Shown one piece after another: positions 51,430 to 60,531 of a stretch of 64,000 bases of DNA. A program made the position numbers and the translations under genes. Positions within the stretch are counted from its first letter, which is position 1. Each line of letters opens with the position of its first letter. The stretch is from Pseudomonas sp. (GTDB lineage: Bacteria > Pseudomonadota > Gammaproteobacteria > Pseudomonadales > Pseudomonadaceae), in the NCBI GenBank assembly GCA_030699825.1, contig JAUYKV010000069.1:8421-72420 (forward strand), written 5' to 3'. The notes under the pieces are model-generated. The model was given only the letters and a program-made list of their open reading frames with translations, did not search any database and was not told the origin of the DNA.

Positions 51430-52686
51430 TTATTGCCCTGCCCCGGGCTCGCCGGCGCGCACCACCTGTGCCGGTATGCGGCGCATCAGCACCTGGCCGG
51501 CGCGGATCGAGACCAGGGCGTGGCCCTGGCTGCGCAGCATCTCGTAGTCGCTGGCGGCGGAGAGGATCAGCAGGTTGGCCGGGCGCCCCACTGCGAGGCC
51601 ATAGCCCTCGCCCAGGTTGAGGGTTTTCGCGCTGTTGTCGGTGACCAGGTCGAGCGAGCGCTGCAGATCCTCGAAACCGAGCATGTGGCAGATATGCAGC
51701 CCGGCCTCGAGGATGCGCAGGATGTTGCCGTTGCCCAGCGGATACCAGGGGTCGACGATGGAGTCCTGGCCGAAGCAGACATTCAGCCCGGCGCGGTCGA
51801 GCTCGGCCACACGGGTCAGCCCGCGGCGCTTGGGGAAGGTATCGAAGCGGCCCTGCAGGTGGATGCTCTCGGTCGGACAGGAGACGAAGTTGATCTGCGC
51901 CTGTTTGAGCAGGCGGAACAGCTTGGAGCAGTAGGCGTTGTCGTAGGAGCCCATGGCGGTGGTGTGGCTGGCCGTGACCCGCGCGCCCATGCCGCGTACG
52001 CGCGCTTCTTCGGCGAGCACTTCGAGAAAGCGCGAGTGCGGGTCGTCGGTCTCGTCGCAATGCACATCCACCAGACAGCCGCTGCGCTCGGCCAGGTCCA
52101 TGAGGAACCTGATCGAGCTGACGCCCTGCTCGCGGGTGTTCTCAAAATGCGGAATGCCGCCAACCACATCGACGCCCAGCGCCACCGCCTGTTCCATCAA
52201 CGCGCGGCCATTGGCGTAGGACTCGATGCCTTCCTGGGGAAAGGCGACGATCTGCAGGTCGATCAGGTGGCGGGTTTCCTCGCGCACCTCGAGCAGCGCC
52301 TTGAGCGCGCCCAGGCTCGGATCGGTGACATCGACATGGCTGCGCACATGCTGGATACCGTGCTCGACCAGCATGTCGATGGCCTTGCGCGCACGGGCCT
52401 TGCTGTCTTCGTGGGTGATCAGCGCCTTGCGCTCGGCCCAGCGTTCGATGCCCTCGAACAGGGTGCCACTGAGGTTCCAGCTCGGTTCGCCGGCGGTGAG
52501 GGCCGCATCCAGGTGGATATGCGGCTCGACGAAGGGAGGCACCACCAGGTTGCCGGCGGCATCCAGTTCGTCTGCCGTGGCGAGCAACTCCTGCGCCTGC
52601 GCGACTATGCCGGCGATACGCGTCTGCGCCAACTCGATGCGAAACAGGCCGCTGCGGCCGCGCAGGCGGGCATTGACGATATTCAT
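51430..52686 (-). CDS. codA: Cytosine deaminase
   Basis: PPFVEPHIHLD, VAFPQEG, GGIPHFE, VHCDE, TASHT, FGQDSI.DPWYPLG. Confidence 0.95.
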   Translation of the reverse strand: MNIVNARLRGRSGLFRIELAQTRIAGIVAQAQELLATADELDAAGNLVVPPFVEPHIHLDAALTAGEPSWNLSGTLFEGIERWAERKALITHEDSKARARKAIDMLVEHGIQHVRSHVDVTDPSLGALKALLEVREETRHLIDLQIVAFPQEGIESYANGRALMEQAVALGVDVVGGIPHFENTREQGVSSIRFLMDLAERSGCLVDVHCDETDDPHSRFLEVLAEEARVRGMGARVTASHTTAMGSYDNAYCSKLFRLLKQAQINFVSCPTESIHLQGRFDTFPKRRGLTRVAELDRAGLNVCFGQDSIVDPWYPLGNGNILRILEAGLHICHMLGFEDLQRSLDLVTDNSAKTLNLGEGYGLAVGRPANLLILSAASDYEMLRSQGHALVSIRAGQVLMRRIPAQVVRAGEPGAGQ

Positions 52687-52879
52687 GGGTTACTCCTGAA
52701 CGGGCACAGATTCAGGCGTAGATTAACAGGCCACCAGAGGAGTGCAGCCCGACAAGATCATGCCCTGCACACTAGGGCGTACTCGCGAAACAGTACGCCG
52801 GCACAGCCGCTAATGGCGGGCTGTTCGCCCGCATTCTCGGACAGGCTTGCAGGAGCCAGCAAGCTGGCTCCCGTCGCCG

Positions 52880-53203
52880 TTACTCGGCCGCCTGCAGTTC
52901 GGTCACAACATAGCGGCTGCCTTGCTGTTCGACCTGAAAGCGCACCTTGTCGCCGACACTGATACCTTCCAGCAGAGCCGCATCGGACACGCCGAAGGCC
53001 ATGGTCATCGGCGGCATGCCGACGCTCTTGAGCGGTCCGTGGCGCAGGGTGATCTTTTGCCCGGCCAGGTCGATCTTGCGCACTTCGCCCTGGCTCAGGG
53101 GGGCGGCGACCTCAGCGCTGGTGTCAGCCGCGGCGGGCTGGGCGGCATATACGGGGAAGGCCAAGGCGCTGCCGAGCAAGGTGGCGATAAGCAGGTTTTT
53201 CAT
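52880..53203 (-). CDS. CusF-like periplasmic copper chaperone
   Basis: Signal peptide; GEVRKID...ITLRHGPL...MPPMTMAF; ATGA overlap with the upstream gene. Confidence 0.9.
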   Translation of the reverse strand: MKNLLIATLLGSALAFPVYAAQPAAADTSAEVAAPLSQGEVRKIDLAGQKITLRHGPLKSVGMPPMTMAFGVSDAALLEGISVGDKVRFQVEQQGSRYVVTELQAAE

Positions 53204-53808
53204 AGGGTATCTCCTTCGTGTGGTTCGGCCCGCACTGCGCGGGTCGAAGAATCTGTCGGGCTGGCGGACGGTTCTCTCGCCACAATCGGCATGGAATCCG
53301 CCTCGCCCACTACGCTGATCTCGCCGACCATGCCGGCCTGGTAATGACCGACAATCAGGCAGGCGAAGTCGAATTCGCCGGCCTGGTTGAAGGTCCAGAT
53401 GATCTCGCCGTTTTTGCTCGGCGCGACGTGGGCCATATAGGGCTCGTCATGCTCCATGCCGGGAAACTTGGCCATCAGCGCGGCATGCTTGTCCAGCTCG
53501 GGCTTGGTGCCGAGCACGAACTCATGCAGCATCTGGCCCTCGTTGTGATGGACGAAGCGAATGGTCTCGCCGACCTTTACCTGCAGCTTGTCCGGGGTGA
53601 AGCGCATCTTGTCGGTCATGCGAATCTCGATGGTGCGGTCGACCTGATCGCGGTCGCCGGCGATGCCCCAGTCCTTTTGCTCCTTGACCACTTGCGCATC
53701 AGCGCCATGCGCGTCCGCGGCCATGTCGCCATGAGCCAGCACCGAACTGCCGGCGAACAGGGCGCACAAGCCCAACGCCAGGGCGGCAGGTTTTATCTGT
53801 CGATCCAT
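53200..53808 (-). CDS. Periplasmic cupredoxin (CopI-like)
   Basis: Signal peptide + HG; MRFTP, HEFVLG, H/M-rich HAALMAKFPGMEHDEPYM, type-1 Cu motif CLIVGHYQAGM. Confidence 0.88.
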   Translation of the reverse strand: MDRQIKPAALALGLCALFAGSSVLAHGDMAADAHGADAQVVKEQKDWGIAGDRDQVDRTIEIRMTDKMRFTPDKLQVKVGETIRFVHHNEGQMLHEFVLGTKPELDKHAALMAKFPGMEHDEPYMAHVAPSKNGEIIWTFNQAGEFDFACLIVGHYQAGMVGEISVVGEADSMPIVAREPSASPTDSSTRAVRAEPHEGDTL

Positions 53809-53850
53809 TTGTATCTCCTCGATTTCAATGAAAACAGCGACTGTTTTTTT

Positions 53851-53928
53851 GTAGGAGCCAGCTTGCTGGCGATGCTTTTGACCAGCCAAGATCGCCGGGA
53901 CGCCGGACCGCAGCAAGCTGGCTCCTAC
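53851..53928. repeat. REP doublet (GTAGGAGCCAGCTTGCTGGCGA family) inside the copper operon
   Basis: GTAGGAGCCAGCTTGCTG...CAGCAAGCTGGCTCCTAC; same family at 52848-52870 and 59233-59326. Confidence 0.88.
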
Positions 53929-53941
53929 GGATTTCTGCAAA

Positions 53942-55354
53942 TCAATGCCCGGCATGGCCGCTGGGTTTACGCACCTTTACTTCGACCGTCTCGCGCGGCG
54001 GCTGTTGCAACGGCATGGATTGGCCGCCGGCTTCACCCGAGCGAGTCGGCGTGGCCAACTCGCCGCGCCATTCATGGGCGACGCTACCGGCCGGGTGCTT
54101 GAACCAGCCCGGATCGCGGTAGTCGCCAGGCGGCTGCTCCTTGCGCACCTTGAGCATGGTGAACATGCCGCCCATCTCCACCGAGCCGAAGGGGCCGTCG
54201 CCGGTCATCATCGGCGCGGTGTTGTCCGGCAACGGCATCTGCATTTCCGCCATGTCGGCCATGCCGCGTTCGCCCATGACCATGTAATCGGGGATCAGCT
54301 TGGCGATCTTGCGCGTCATGTCGCGATGATCGACGCCGACCAGGGTCGGCACGTCGTGGCCCATGGCGTTCATGGTGTGGTGGCTCTTGTGGCAGTGGAA
54401 GGCCCAGTCGCCCTCCTCGTCGGCAAGAAACTCGACCTGGCGCATCTGCCCCACCGCCACATCGGTAGTCACCTCCGGCCAGCGCGAACCCTTGGCCGTC
54501 GGCCCGCCGTCGGTGCCGGTGACTTCGAATTCATGGCCGTGCAGGTGAATCGGGTGGTTGGTCATGGTCAGGTTGCCGACGCGGATGCGCACCTTGTCGT
54601 TCTTGCGCACCACCAGCGGGTCGATGCCGGGGAAGATGCGGCTGTTGAAGGTCCACAGGTTGAAGTCGAGCATGGTCATGATCTTCGGCGTGGCCGCCCC
54701 GGGCTCGATGTCGTAGGCGTTGAGCAGGAAGCAGTAATCGCGGTCCACCTCGCTGATCAATGGATGACTGTCCTTGGGATGGGTGACCCAGAAGCCCATC
54801 ATGCCCATGGCCATCTGGGTCATCTCGTCGGCATGCGGGTGGTACATGAAAGTGCCGGGGCGCCGCGCGACGAATTCGTAGACGAAGGTCTTGCCCATCG
54901 GAATGGCCGGTTGGGTCAGCCCGGCGACGCCGTCCATACCATTGGGCAGGCGTTGGCCGTGCCAGTGGATGCTGGTGTGCTCGGGCAGCTTGTTGGTGAC
55001 GAAGATGCGCACCCGGTCGCCCTCCACCACCTCGATGGTCGGCCCCGGCGACTGGCCGTTGTAGCCCCACAGGTGGGCCTTGTAGCCCGGTGCCAGCTCG
55101 CGCACCACCGGTTCGGCGACCAGGTGGAACTCCTTGACGCCGTTGTTCATGCGCCACGGCAGGGTCCAGCCGTTGAGGGTGACCACCGGGTTGTAGGGCC
55201 GGCCATTCTGCGGCTGCAGCGGCGGCATGGTATCGGCACTGTCCTGCAGCACTGCTTCCGGCAGCCCGGCCAGGGACACCCGGCTGACCGCCGAGGTGGC
55301 GACCGCCGCGGTGATTGCGCTGGCGCCGAGGAAAAAATCACGTCGAGAAACCAT
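53942..55354 (-). CDS. Tat-exported two-domain multicopper oxidase with Met-rich C-terminal tail
   Basis: SRRDFFL Tat motif; HWHG, MYHPH, HPIHLHGH, FHCHKSHH..NAM. Confidence 0.92.
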   Translation of the reverse strand: MVSRRDFFLGASAITAAVATSAVSRVSLAGLPEAVLQDSADTMPPLQPQNGRPYNPVVTLNGWTLPWRMNNGVKEFHLVAEPVVRELAPGYKAHLWGYNGQSPGPTIEVVEGDRVRIFVTNKLPEHTSIHWHGQRLPNGMDGVAGLTQPAIPMGKTFVYEFVARRPGTFMYHPHADEMTQMAMGMMGFWVTHPKDSHPLISEVDRDYCFLLNAYDIEPGAATPKIMTMLDFNLWTFNSRIFPGIDPLVVRKNDKVRIRVGNLTMTNHPIHLHGHEFEVTGTDGGPTAKGSRWPEVTTDVAVGQMRQVEFLADEEGDWAFHCHKSHHTMNAMGHDVPTLVGVDHRDMTRKIAKLIPDYMVMGERGMADMAEMQMPLPDNTAPMMTGDGPFGSVEMGGMFTMLKVRKEQPPGDYRDPGWFKHPAGSVAHEWRGELATPTRSGEAGGQSMPLQQPPRETVEVKVRKPSGHAGH

Positions 55355-55370
55355 TTTCAGTAATCCTTGA

Positions 55371-56783
55371 TCAGTGCCCGGCGGGCTCATCGGCGGCGGC
55401 GCTCATGGCGGCGCCCGCGCTAGTGGAGAGGTTCGCTGCGCCGAGCATGGACATGTCCAGGTCGGCCTTGGCGATCCAGAAGTCGCGCTGGGCCTGCAGG
55501 TAACCGTCGACCGCGAGAATCTGTTTGCGCGCATCGGCCAGCAGCTCGAAGGTGCCGATGAACATGCCGTTGTAGCGCAGGATGTTCTCCTCGGCGATGC
55601 GCTGCCGCAGCGGCAACACCTCGTCGCGGTAATGGCGGGCGATGTCGTAGCCCGAGCGATAGCCCAGATAGGCCTCGCGCACCTGCGAGCGGGCATTGAT
55701 CGCGGTTTCGGCCGCACGGTTGAGCATCTGCCGGTATTGCGCCTCGGCCTTGGCCACCCGCGCGCCGCTCCAGTCGAACAACGGCAACTCGACGCTGATC
55801 TCATAGCCGCGCTGGGTCGGCTCCTCATTGGACTTGTTGCTGACCGCCCCCACCTCGAGCACGTTGATGAAACGTGTGGTCTTGCTCAGCCCCAGGTTGC
55901 GCGCCAGACGCTCGGCGTCCAGGCGCATGGCCTGGATATCCAGGCGCTGGGCCATGGCCTGGCGCTCGACGTCCGGCAGTTGTTCGACCTCGGCCGGCAA
56001 CTCGGGCAGACGCTCGGGCAGGCGGTAGGCGATCTGCTCGCCCCACAGGCCCAGCAGCCGGGTCAACTGCTCGCGGCTCTGCACCCGCGCCTGCTCGGCG
56101 CGGATCAGGGCCAAGCCGGTCTCGGCATAGAAGCTCTGCTCCTGGGCCTGCTGCAGCTTGCTGTAGTTGCCCACCGCCGCCAGGCGCCGGGCCAGCTCGG
56201 CGCCGATTTCAGCCGAATCCATCACCTGGCGCATGAAGCCCAGGCTCTCCTCGGCCGCCACCGCGCGGTACCAGGCCTTGCGCGTCTGGCTGGCCAGATC
56301 GAACACCGCCAGGCTGGTCTGCCGCTGCACCTGCTCGAAGCGCTTGGCCTCCATGCCGGAGGTCATCGGCATGGCGATCAGCCGCGCCAGATTGACGTGC
56401 AGGCCGCGCTCGTATTCGACCTCGCTGCCCTTCTCCATCCGTCCGAAGGAGAAACCCGGATTGGGGATGCGTCCGGCCTGAACCCGCTCGGCCTCGCTGA
56501 TGCCCAACTGGTCGAAACTTGCCTGCAACCCCGGATTATTGAGCAGCACGACCTGCACCGCAGCGTCCGCCGACAGCGGCTGGGCCAGCAACTCGGCGAC
56601 CCGTTTGGCCACCACCGCCCGTTCTTCGCTGGTCTTGTTCCAGCTCAGTTGCTTGTCCAGCTGCTGCTCGGCGGCCTGTTCGACCACGGCAAAACCGCCA
56701 TCCCGGGAAAAACTGGCGCAGCCGGCCAGCAGCAATAACCCGGCGCACAGCCCCAGCTGAAGCACCCGTATACATCCGTTCAT
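55371..56783 (-). CDS. TolC/OMF-family outer membrane lipoprotein
   Basis: Lipobox LLAGC; LNNPGLQA, ELPLFDW, Y..M....FELL repeats of outer membrane factors. Confidence 0.88.
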   Translation of the reverse strand: MNGCIRVLQLGLCAGLLLLAGCASFSRDGGFAVVEQAAEQQLDKQLSWNKTSEERAVVAKRVAELLAQPLSADAAVQVVLLNNPGLQASFDQLGISEAERVQAGRIPNPGFSFGRMEKGSEVEYERGLHVNLARLIAMPMTSGMEAKRFEQVQRQTSLAVFDLASQTRKAWYRAVAAEESLGFMRQVMDSAEIGAELARRLAAVGNYSKLQQAQEQSFYAETGLALIRAEQARVQSREQLTRLLGLWGEQIAYRLPERLPELPAEVEQLPDVERQAMAQRLDIQAMRLDAERLARNLGLSKTTRFINVLEVGAVSNKSNEEPTQRGYEISVELPLFDWSGARVAKAEAQYRQMLNRAAETAINARSQVREAYLGYRSGYDIARHYRDEVLPLRQRIAEENILRYNGMFIGTFELLADARKQILAVDGYLQAQRDFWIAKADLDMSMLGAANLSTSAGAAMSAAADEPAGH

Positions 56784-56793
56784 ACGCGCATCC

Positions 56794-57102
56794 TCAGTGA
56801 TCGCCATGCGGGCTGGATGGGCTGGGCGCGCTCGGTGCATCCGCAGCGGCCGGCTGCTCCCAGGGTTCCTGCGCATAAGTGCGCCAGCCGCCGATACGAC
56901 CGACCAGGTCATTGGCCTCGCGCCAGTCCTGCGGCGGTTCGTCGGCCAACCGCTGATAAGCGTTCAGCGGTGATTGATAGTCCAGGGCCGGCGTGGCGGC
57001 CTCGGCATCCAGCGGATCGGCCGACTCGGCCCAGACGCCCGCGGGCACAGCCAGCAAGGCCAGGCAGACAAGCCTCGGCCGAACGGCAAATAGAAAACGC
57101 AT
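56794..57102 (-). CDS. Small exported hypothetical protein with His-rich C-terminus
   Basis: Signal peptide (AGVWA), DPLDA...Y.S....Y...WREAND.VGRIGGWRTYAQE, C-terminal PHGDH. Confidence 0.75.
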   Translation of the reverse strand: MRFLFAVRPRLVCLALLAVPAGVWAESADPLDAEAATPALDYQSPLNAYQRLADEPPQDWREANDLVGRIGGWRTYAQEPWEQPAAADAPSAPSPSSPHGDH

Positions 57103-57215
57103 AATCAGATGTTCTCGCAGAGAACGGACACGCCCGCACATGACAGGCGAAGACCGCGAAATGAGCTAAATGCGCCGCTCAGCCGTTATTGCACGGGCTG
57201 CAGGCGCGGTTTGGC

Positions 57216-57614
57216 TTAGGCGAGAAGCAAACGTGGGGGACGTTCGGGGGTGTCGGCAACCAGGCCGGGCAAGCGCTGCGGGCGTACCAGGGACTGCTCG
57301 ACTGTTGGCAGCGGTGGATTACCGACAACCACGTCGTTCAACGCGACCGCACCGACACAGAAGGCACACAGGCTGCACATACGGTTGTCGCTCGGTTGCG
57401 TGGTGTCAGCGGCGCCAGGGTCGGAGGCAACAGCGCCGTGGTGAGCCATGGCCACAGCCCCTGAATGATGCGCAGCCACCTGTCGGTCATCCTGGCTGAC
57501 CGCCCCGGCCTGATTGACCACTGCACATAACTGCATGCCGATCGCCGCCATGCTCTGCGCCGGGAGGGCGAGCATAAGCATCCAGATCAAGGCAATTCGC
57601 AGCGATTTGCGCAT
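57216..57614 (-). CDS. CopL/DUF2946-like metal-binding leader protein
   Basis: N-terminal TM (LMLALPAQSMAA), His cluster, CSLCAFC, C-terminal PERPPR. Confidence 0.75.
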   Translation of the reverse strand: MRKSLRIALIWMLMLALPAQSMAAIGMQLCAVVNQAGAVSQDDRQVAAHHSGAVAMAHHGAVASDPGAADTTQPSDNRMCSLCAFCVGAVALNDVVVGNPPLPTVEQSLVRPQRLPGLVADTPERPPRLLLA

Positions 57615-57835
57615 AGGGTTCGATAGGGCCGGCAGGGAAGTCGAGACCTGGGGATTATCCACCGAATCGGCGGTTTGTCCATAATTGCTCAGTGCCCACG
57701 CTCTGCAGTAGCGCTTGGCACTAGCTCTGCACGTGCGTTGGCCTGGCTGCAGATCCATTGCCGAACGGGCCGGCAAGGTGACCAGACGGATGCTGCGGCA
57801 GTCCGCATGCAGCACCGGCTAAACCGCTGACAGCT

Positions 57836-58456
57836 TCAACGGCGGCTGGCCGGCTCATGGGATTTGCCCAGCGCGAGCAGCAGCAACAGGCTCAAGGCGC
57901 CCAGCATGGCCAGCCCGGAATCTTTCTGGGCATCCCATTCGTCGCCCTGGGTGCCAAGGAAGGCCGAGCCCAGTTCCGGGCTGACCAGCACGGCCGCGAG
58001 CATTTCCACCTGTTCGTAGAACGCGCTCATGGCCATCACCAGCGCGAGGCTGAGGATCGCCAGCCACCTGCCGCTGAGCCCAGCCGAACGCTGCAGTAAC
58101 TCGCGCAGCGGATAGACCAGCAGCAAGCCAAAGGAGAAATGCACCAGCCGGTCGTAGTGGTTGCGGTCCAGCGCAAGGGCCTCCTGAAACCAGAAGCCCA
58201 GGGGCGTTTCCGCGTAGGTGTAATGGGAACCGTACAGGTGCATGCCCATGAACAGGGCGAACAGCCAATAGGCTGTCAGGGAAAAGGCAAAGCGTCTATA
58301 GGTCGCCAGTAACAGGCCCGCGAAAAAAAACACCAGCAGGTTCTCCAGCAACCAGTCCTCGCGGCTCAGGGGGTTGATCGCGGCCCACAGCCAGATCAGC
58401 AGGAGCATGGCCACGATCAGCGCCAACTGGATTTTGCGACTGGGTGTTTCGATCAT
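57836..58456 (-). CDS. DUF2238 (YjdF-like) membrane protein
   Basis: DWLLEN, HLYGSHYTYAETP, RNHYDRLVHF, FLGTQGDEWDAQKD. Confidence 0.88.
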   Translation of the reverse strand: MIETPSRKIQLALIVAMLLLIWLWAAINPLSREDWLLENLLVFFFAGLLLATYRRFAFSLTAYWLFALFMGMHLYGSHYTYAETPLGFWFQEALALDRNHYDRLVHFSFGLLLVYPLRELLQRSAGLSGRWLAILSLALVMAMSAFYEQVEMLAAVLVSPELGSAFLGTQGDEWDAQKDSGLAMLGALSLLLLLALGKSHEPASRR

Positions 58457-58589
58457 GGGCGGCTTCACTCCAGACGGCTGCCGCCAAGGCGGCTGGCATT
58501 GTGTCAAAGCAGACGACTGCTCGACCTGCCTGGAACTGTAGCAGTCCGGCGAGACATGCCGCGTGCATCGGGCAGAGCGGGACGCCTGG

Positions 58590-59192
58590 TTACCCCAGCA
58601 TGCTTACATGCCTGGGATGACTGGCAACCCGATCGAGCCAGGCGCGAATTGACGGATAGGGGCCGAGATCAAAGCCGCCCTCGTCCGCCACATGGGTGTA
58701 GGCGTACAGGGCGATATCGGCGATCGAATACTGCTCGCCGACCAGGTATGAGGTGCGCTGCAGTTGCCGTTCCATGACCTTGAGCGCCTTGTGGCCGCGG
58801 ATATGGCACTCCTCGTACTCCTTGCGCCGCGCCTCGGGCAAGCCCTGGTAGAGCTGGATAAAGCGCGCCACGGCGATGTAGGGCTCGTGGCTGTATTGCT
58901 CGAAGAACTGCCACTGCAGCACCTGAGTGCGCAGGCGCGGTTCGCGGGGCAGAAACTCGGTGCCGTCGGCGAGGAAGTTGAGGATGGCGTTGGACTCCCA
59001 CAGGCAGGTGCCGTCTGCCAGCTCCAGCACCGGGATCTTGCCGTTGGGGTTCTTGGCCAGGAAGGCCTCGCTCTGGGTCTCGCCCTTGAGGATGTCCACT
59101 GGTACCCACTCATGGGCAATACCCAGCAGACTGAGCATCAACTTGACCTTGTAACAGTTGCCCGAACGGGTGTCGCCGTAGACCTTGTACAT
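58590..59192 (-). CDS. Glutathione S-transferase
   Basis: SGNCYKV, NPNGKIP, ESNAIL, SIADIALY. Confidence 0.92.
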   Translation of the reverse strand: MYKVYGDTRSGNCYKVKLMLSLLGIAHEWVPVDILKGETQSEAFLAKNPNGKIPVLELADGTCLWESNAILNFLADGTEFLPREPRLRTQVLQWQFFEQYSHEPYIAVARFIQLYQGLPEARRKEYEECHIRGHKALKVMERQLQRTSYLVGEQYSIADIALYAYTHVADEGGFDLGPYPSIRAWLDRVASHPRHVSMLG

Positions 59193-59232
59193 GGTGCCTC
59201 CTGAAATCCTGTTCTATCCACCGGTTCTTTGT

Positions 59233-59326
59233 TGTAGGAGCCAGGGGGACGCCTAGTCCTTGCTGTGGTTCGGCAATCCGACGATGCGGGGTGACAAAAA
59301 GCATCGCCAGCAAGCTGGCTCCTACA
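59233..59326. repeat. REP doublet
   Basis: TGTAGGAGCCAG...TCGCCAGCAAGCTGGCTCCTACA. Confidence 0.82.
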
Positions 59327-59332
59327 CCTGGT

Positions 59333-60499
59333 TCAAGCTGCCTCGGCGGCCTGCGCCTGACGGATCACCTCGGCCAGGCGCTTGAGGCCTTCGCCCAGAC
59401 GCTCCGGTGCGACGTGGCTGAAGTTAAGCCGCAAATGCCCCGGGTGTTGATCGGGGTCGATAAAGAATGGCTCACCCGGCATGAAGGCGACGTTCTGCGC
59501 CAACGCCGGCGCCAGCAATGTGCGGGTATCCAGCGGCTGCTTGAGGGTAAGCCAGAAAAACAGTCCGCCCTGGGGAATCTGCCAATCGGCCAGGTCGCTG
59601 AAGTGCTCCTGCAACACCGCCTGCATGGCGTCGCGGCGGATGCGGTAGAAGTCGCGCAACTCGGCCAGATGCTCGCGGTAGTGGCGGGTACCCAGCCATT
59701 GCAGGGCCTGCCACTGACCGATGCGGTTGGTGTGCAGGTCGGCCGACTGCTTGAGGCGCAGCAGATAGGGGAACAGATCCGGGCTGGCAATCAGGTAACC
59801 GACACGCAGGCCGGGCAGCAGGGTTTTCGACACCGTGCCGGTGTAGATCCAGCTGGCCTTGCGCAGACGGCTGACGATCGGCGTGGCGCTGCCTTCGTCG
59901 AATACCAGGTCGCGGTAGGGTTCGTCCTCGATCAGGGTCACGCCGAACTCGTCGAGCAAGGCCGCCACCGCGTCGCGCTTGGCCTCGCTGTAGCGCACCG
60001 CCGAGGGATTCTGGAAGGTCGGGATCAGGTAGGCGAACGCCGGTTTGTGATTTTCCAGACGCTGACGCAGCGCGTCGATCTGCGGGCCGTCGGCCTCTTG
60101 CGGCACGCCGATGCAATCGGCGCCGAACAGCTGGAAGGCTTGCAGCGCAGCCAGGTAGGTCGGCGCCTCGAGCAGTACTTCGGTGCCTGGATCGATAAAC
60201 AGCTTGCTGGCCAGGTCCAGGGTCTGCTGCGAACCGCTGACGATCAGCACCTGGCTGGCCTCGCAGGGTACGCCAAGGGCGCGGGCTTCATCGGCGATGG
60301 CCTCGCGCAATTGCGGTTCGCCTTCGCTCATGCCGTACTGGCCCATGCTGGTCGGCATATCCGCCCATTCGACCCTGGGCAGCATCGGCTCGGCCGGCAG
60401 GCCACCGGCGAAGGACATCACCTCAGGGCGCTGCGCCGCGGCGAGGATTTCACGGATCAGGGAGCTTTTCAGGCGGGCAACGCGTTCGGAGAAGGCCAT
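59333..60499 (-). CDS. PLP-dependent aminotransferase (class I/II, MocR-AAT-like, no HTH)
   Basis: SFAGGLP, SGSQQ, PTFQNP, IEDEPY, TVSKTLLPGLRVG. Confidence 0.9.
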   Translation of the reverse strand: MAFSERVARLKSSLIREILAAAQRPEVMSFAGGLPAEPMLPRVEWADMPTSMGQYGMSEGEPQLREAIADEARALGVPCEASQVLIVSGSQQTLDLASKLFIDPGTEVLLEAPTYLAALQAFQLFGADCIGVPQEADGPQIDALRQRLENHKPAFAYLIPTFQNPSAVRYSEAKRDAVAALLDEFGVTLIEDEPYRDLVFDEGSATPIVSRLRKASWIYTGTVSKTLLPGLRVGYLIASPDLFPYLLRLKQSADLHTNRIGQWQALQWLGTRHYREHLAELRDFYRIRRDAMQAVLQEHFSDLADWQIPQGGLFFWLTLKQPLDTRTLLAPALAQNVAFMPGEPFFIDPDQHPGHLRLNFSHVAPERLGEGLKRLAEVIRQAQAAEAA

Positions 60500-60531
60500 G
60501 GAGACACCGGTAGCAGAGGCGAAGAAAAATA

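Noticed and set aside
52803-52825. CAGCCGCTAATGGCGGGCTG resembling the nasA ANTAR hairpin
   Set aside because: It is on the strand opposite codA, with no partner hairpin or terminator
53809-53955. 49-aa N-terminal extension of the cupredoxin ORF
   Set aside because: It is translated from a REP doublet; the real start is ATG 53808 after GAGGAG, followed by a signal peptide
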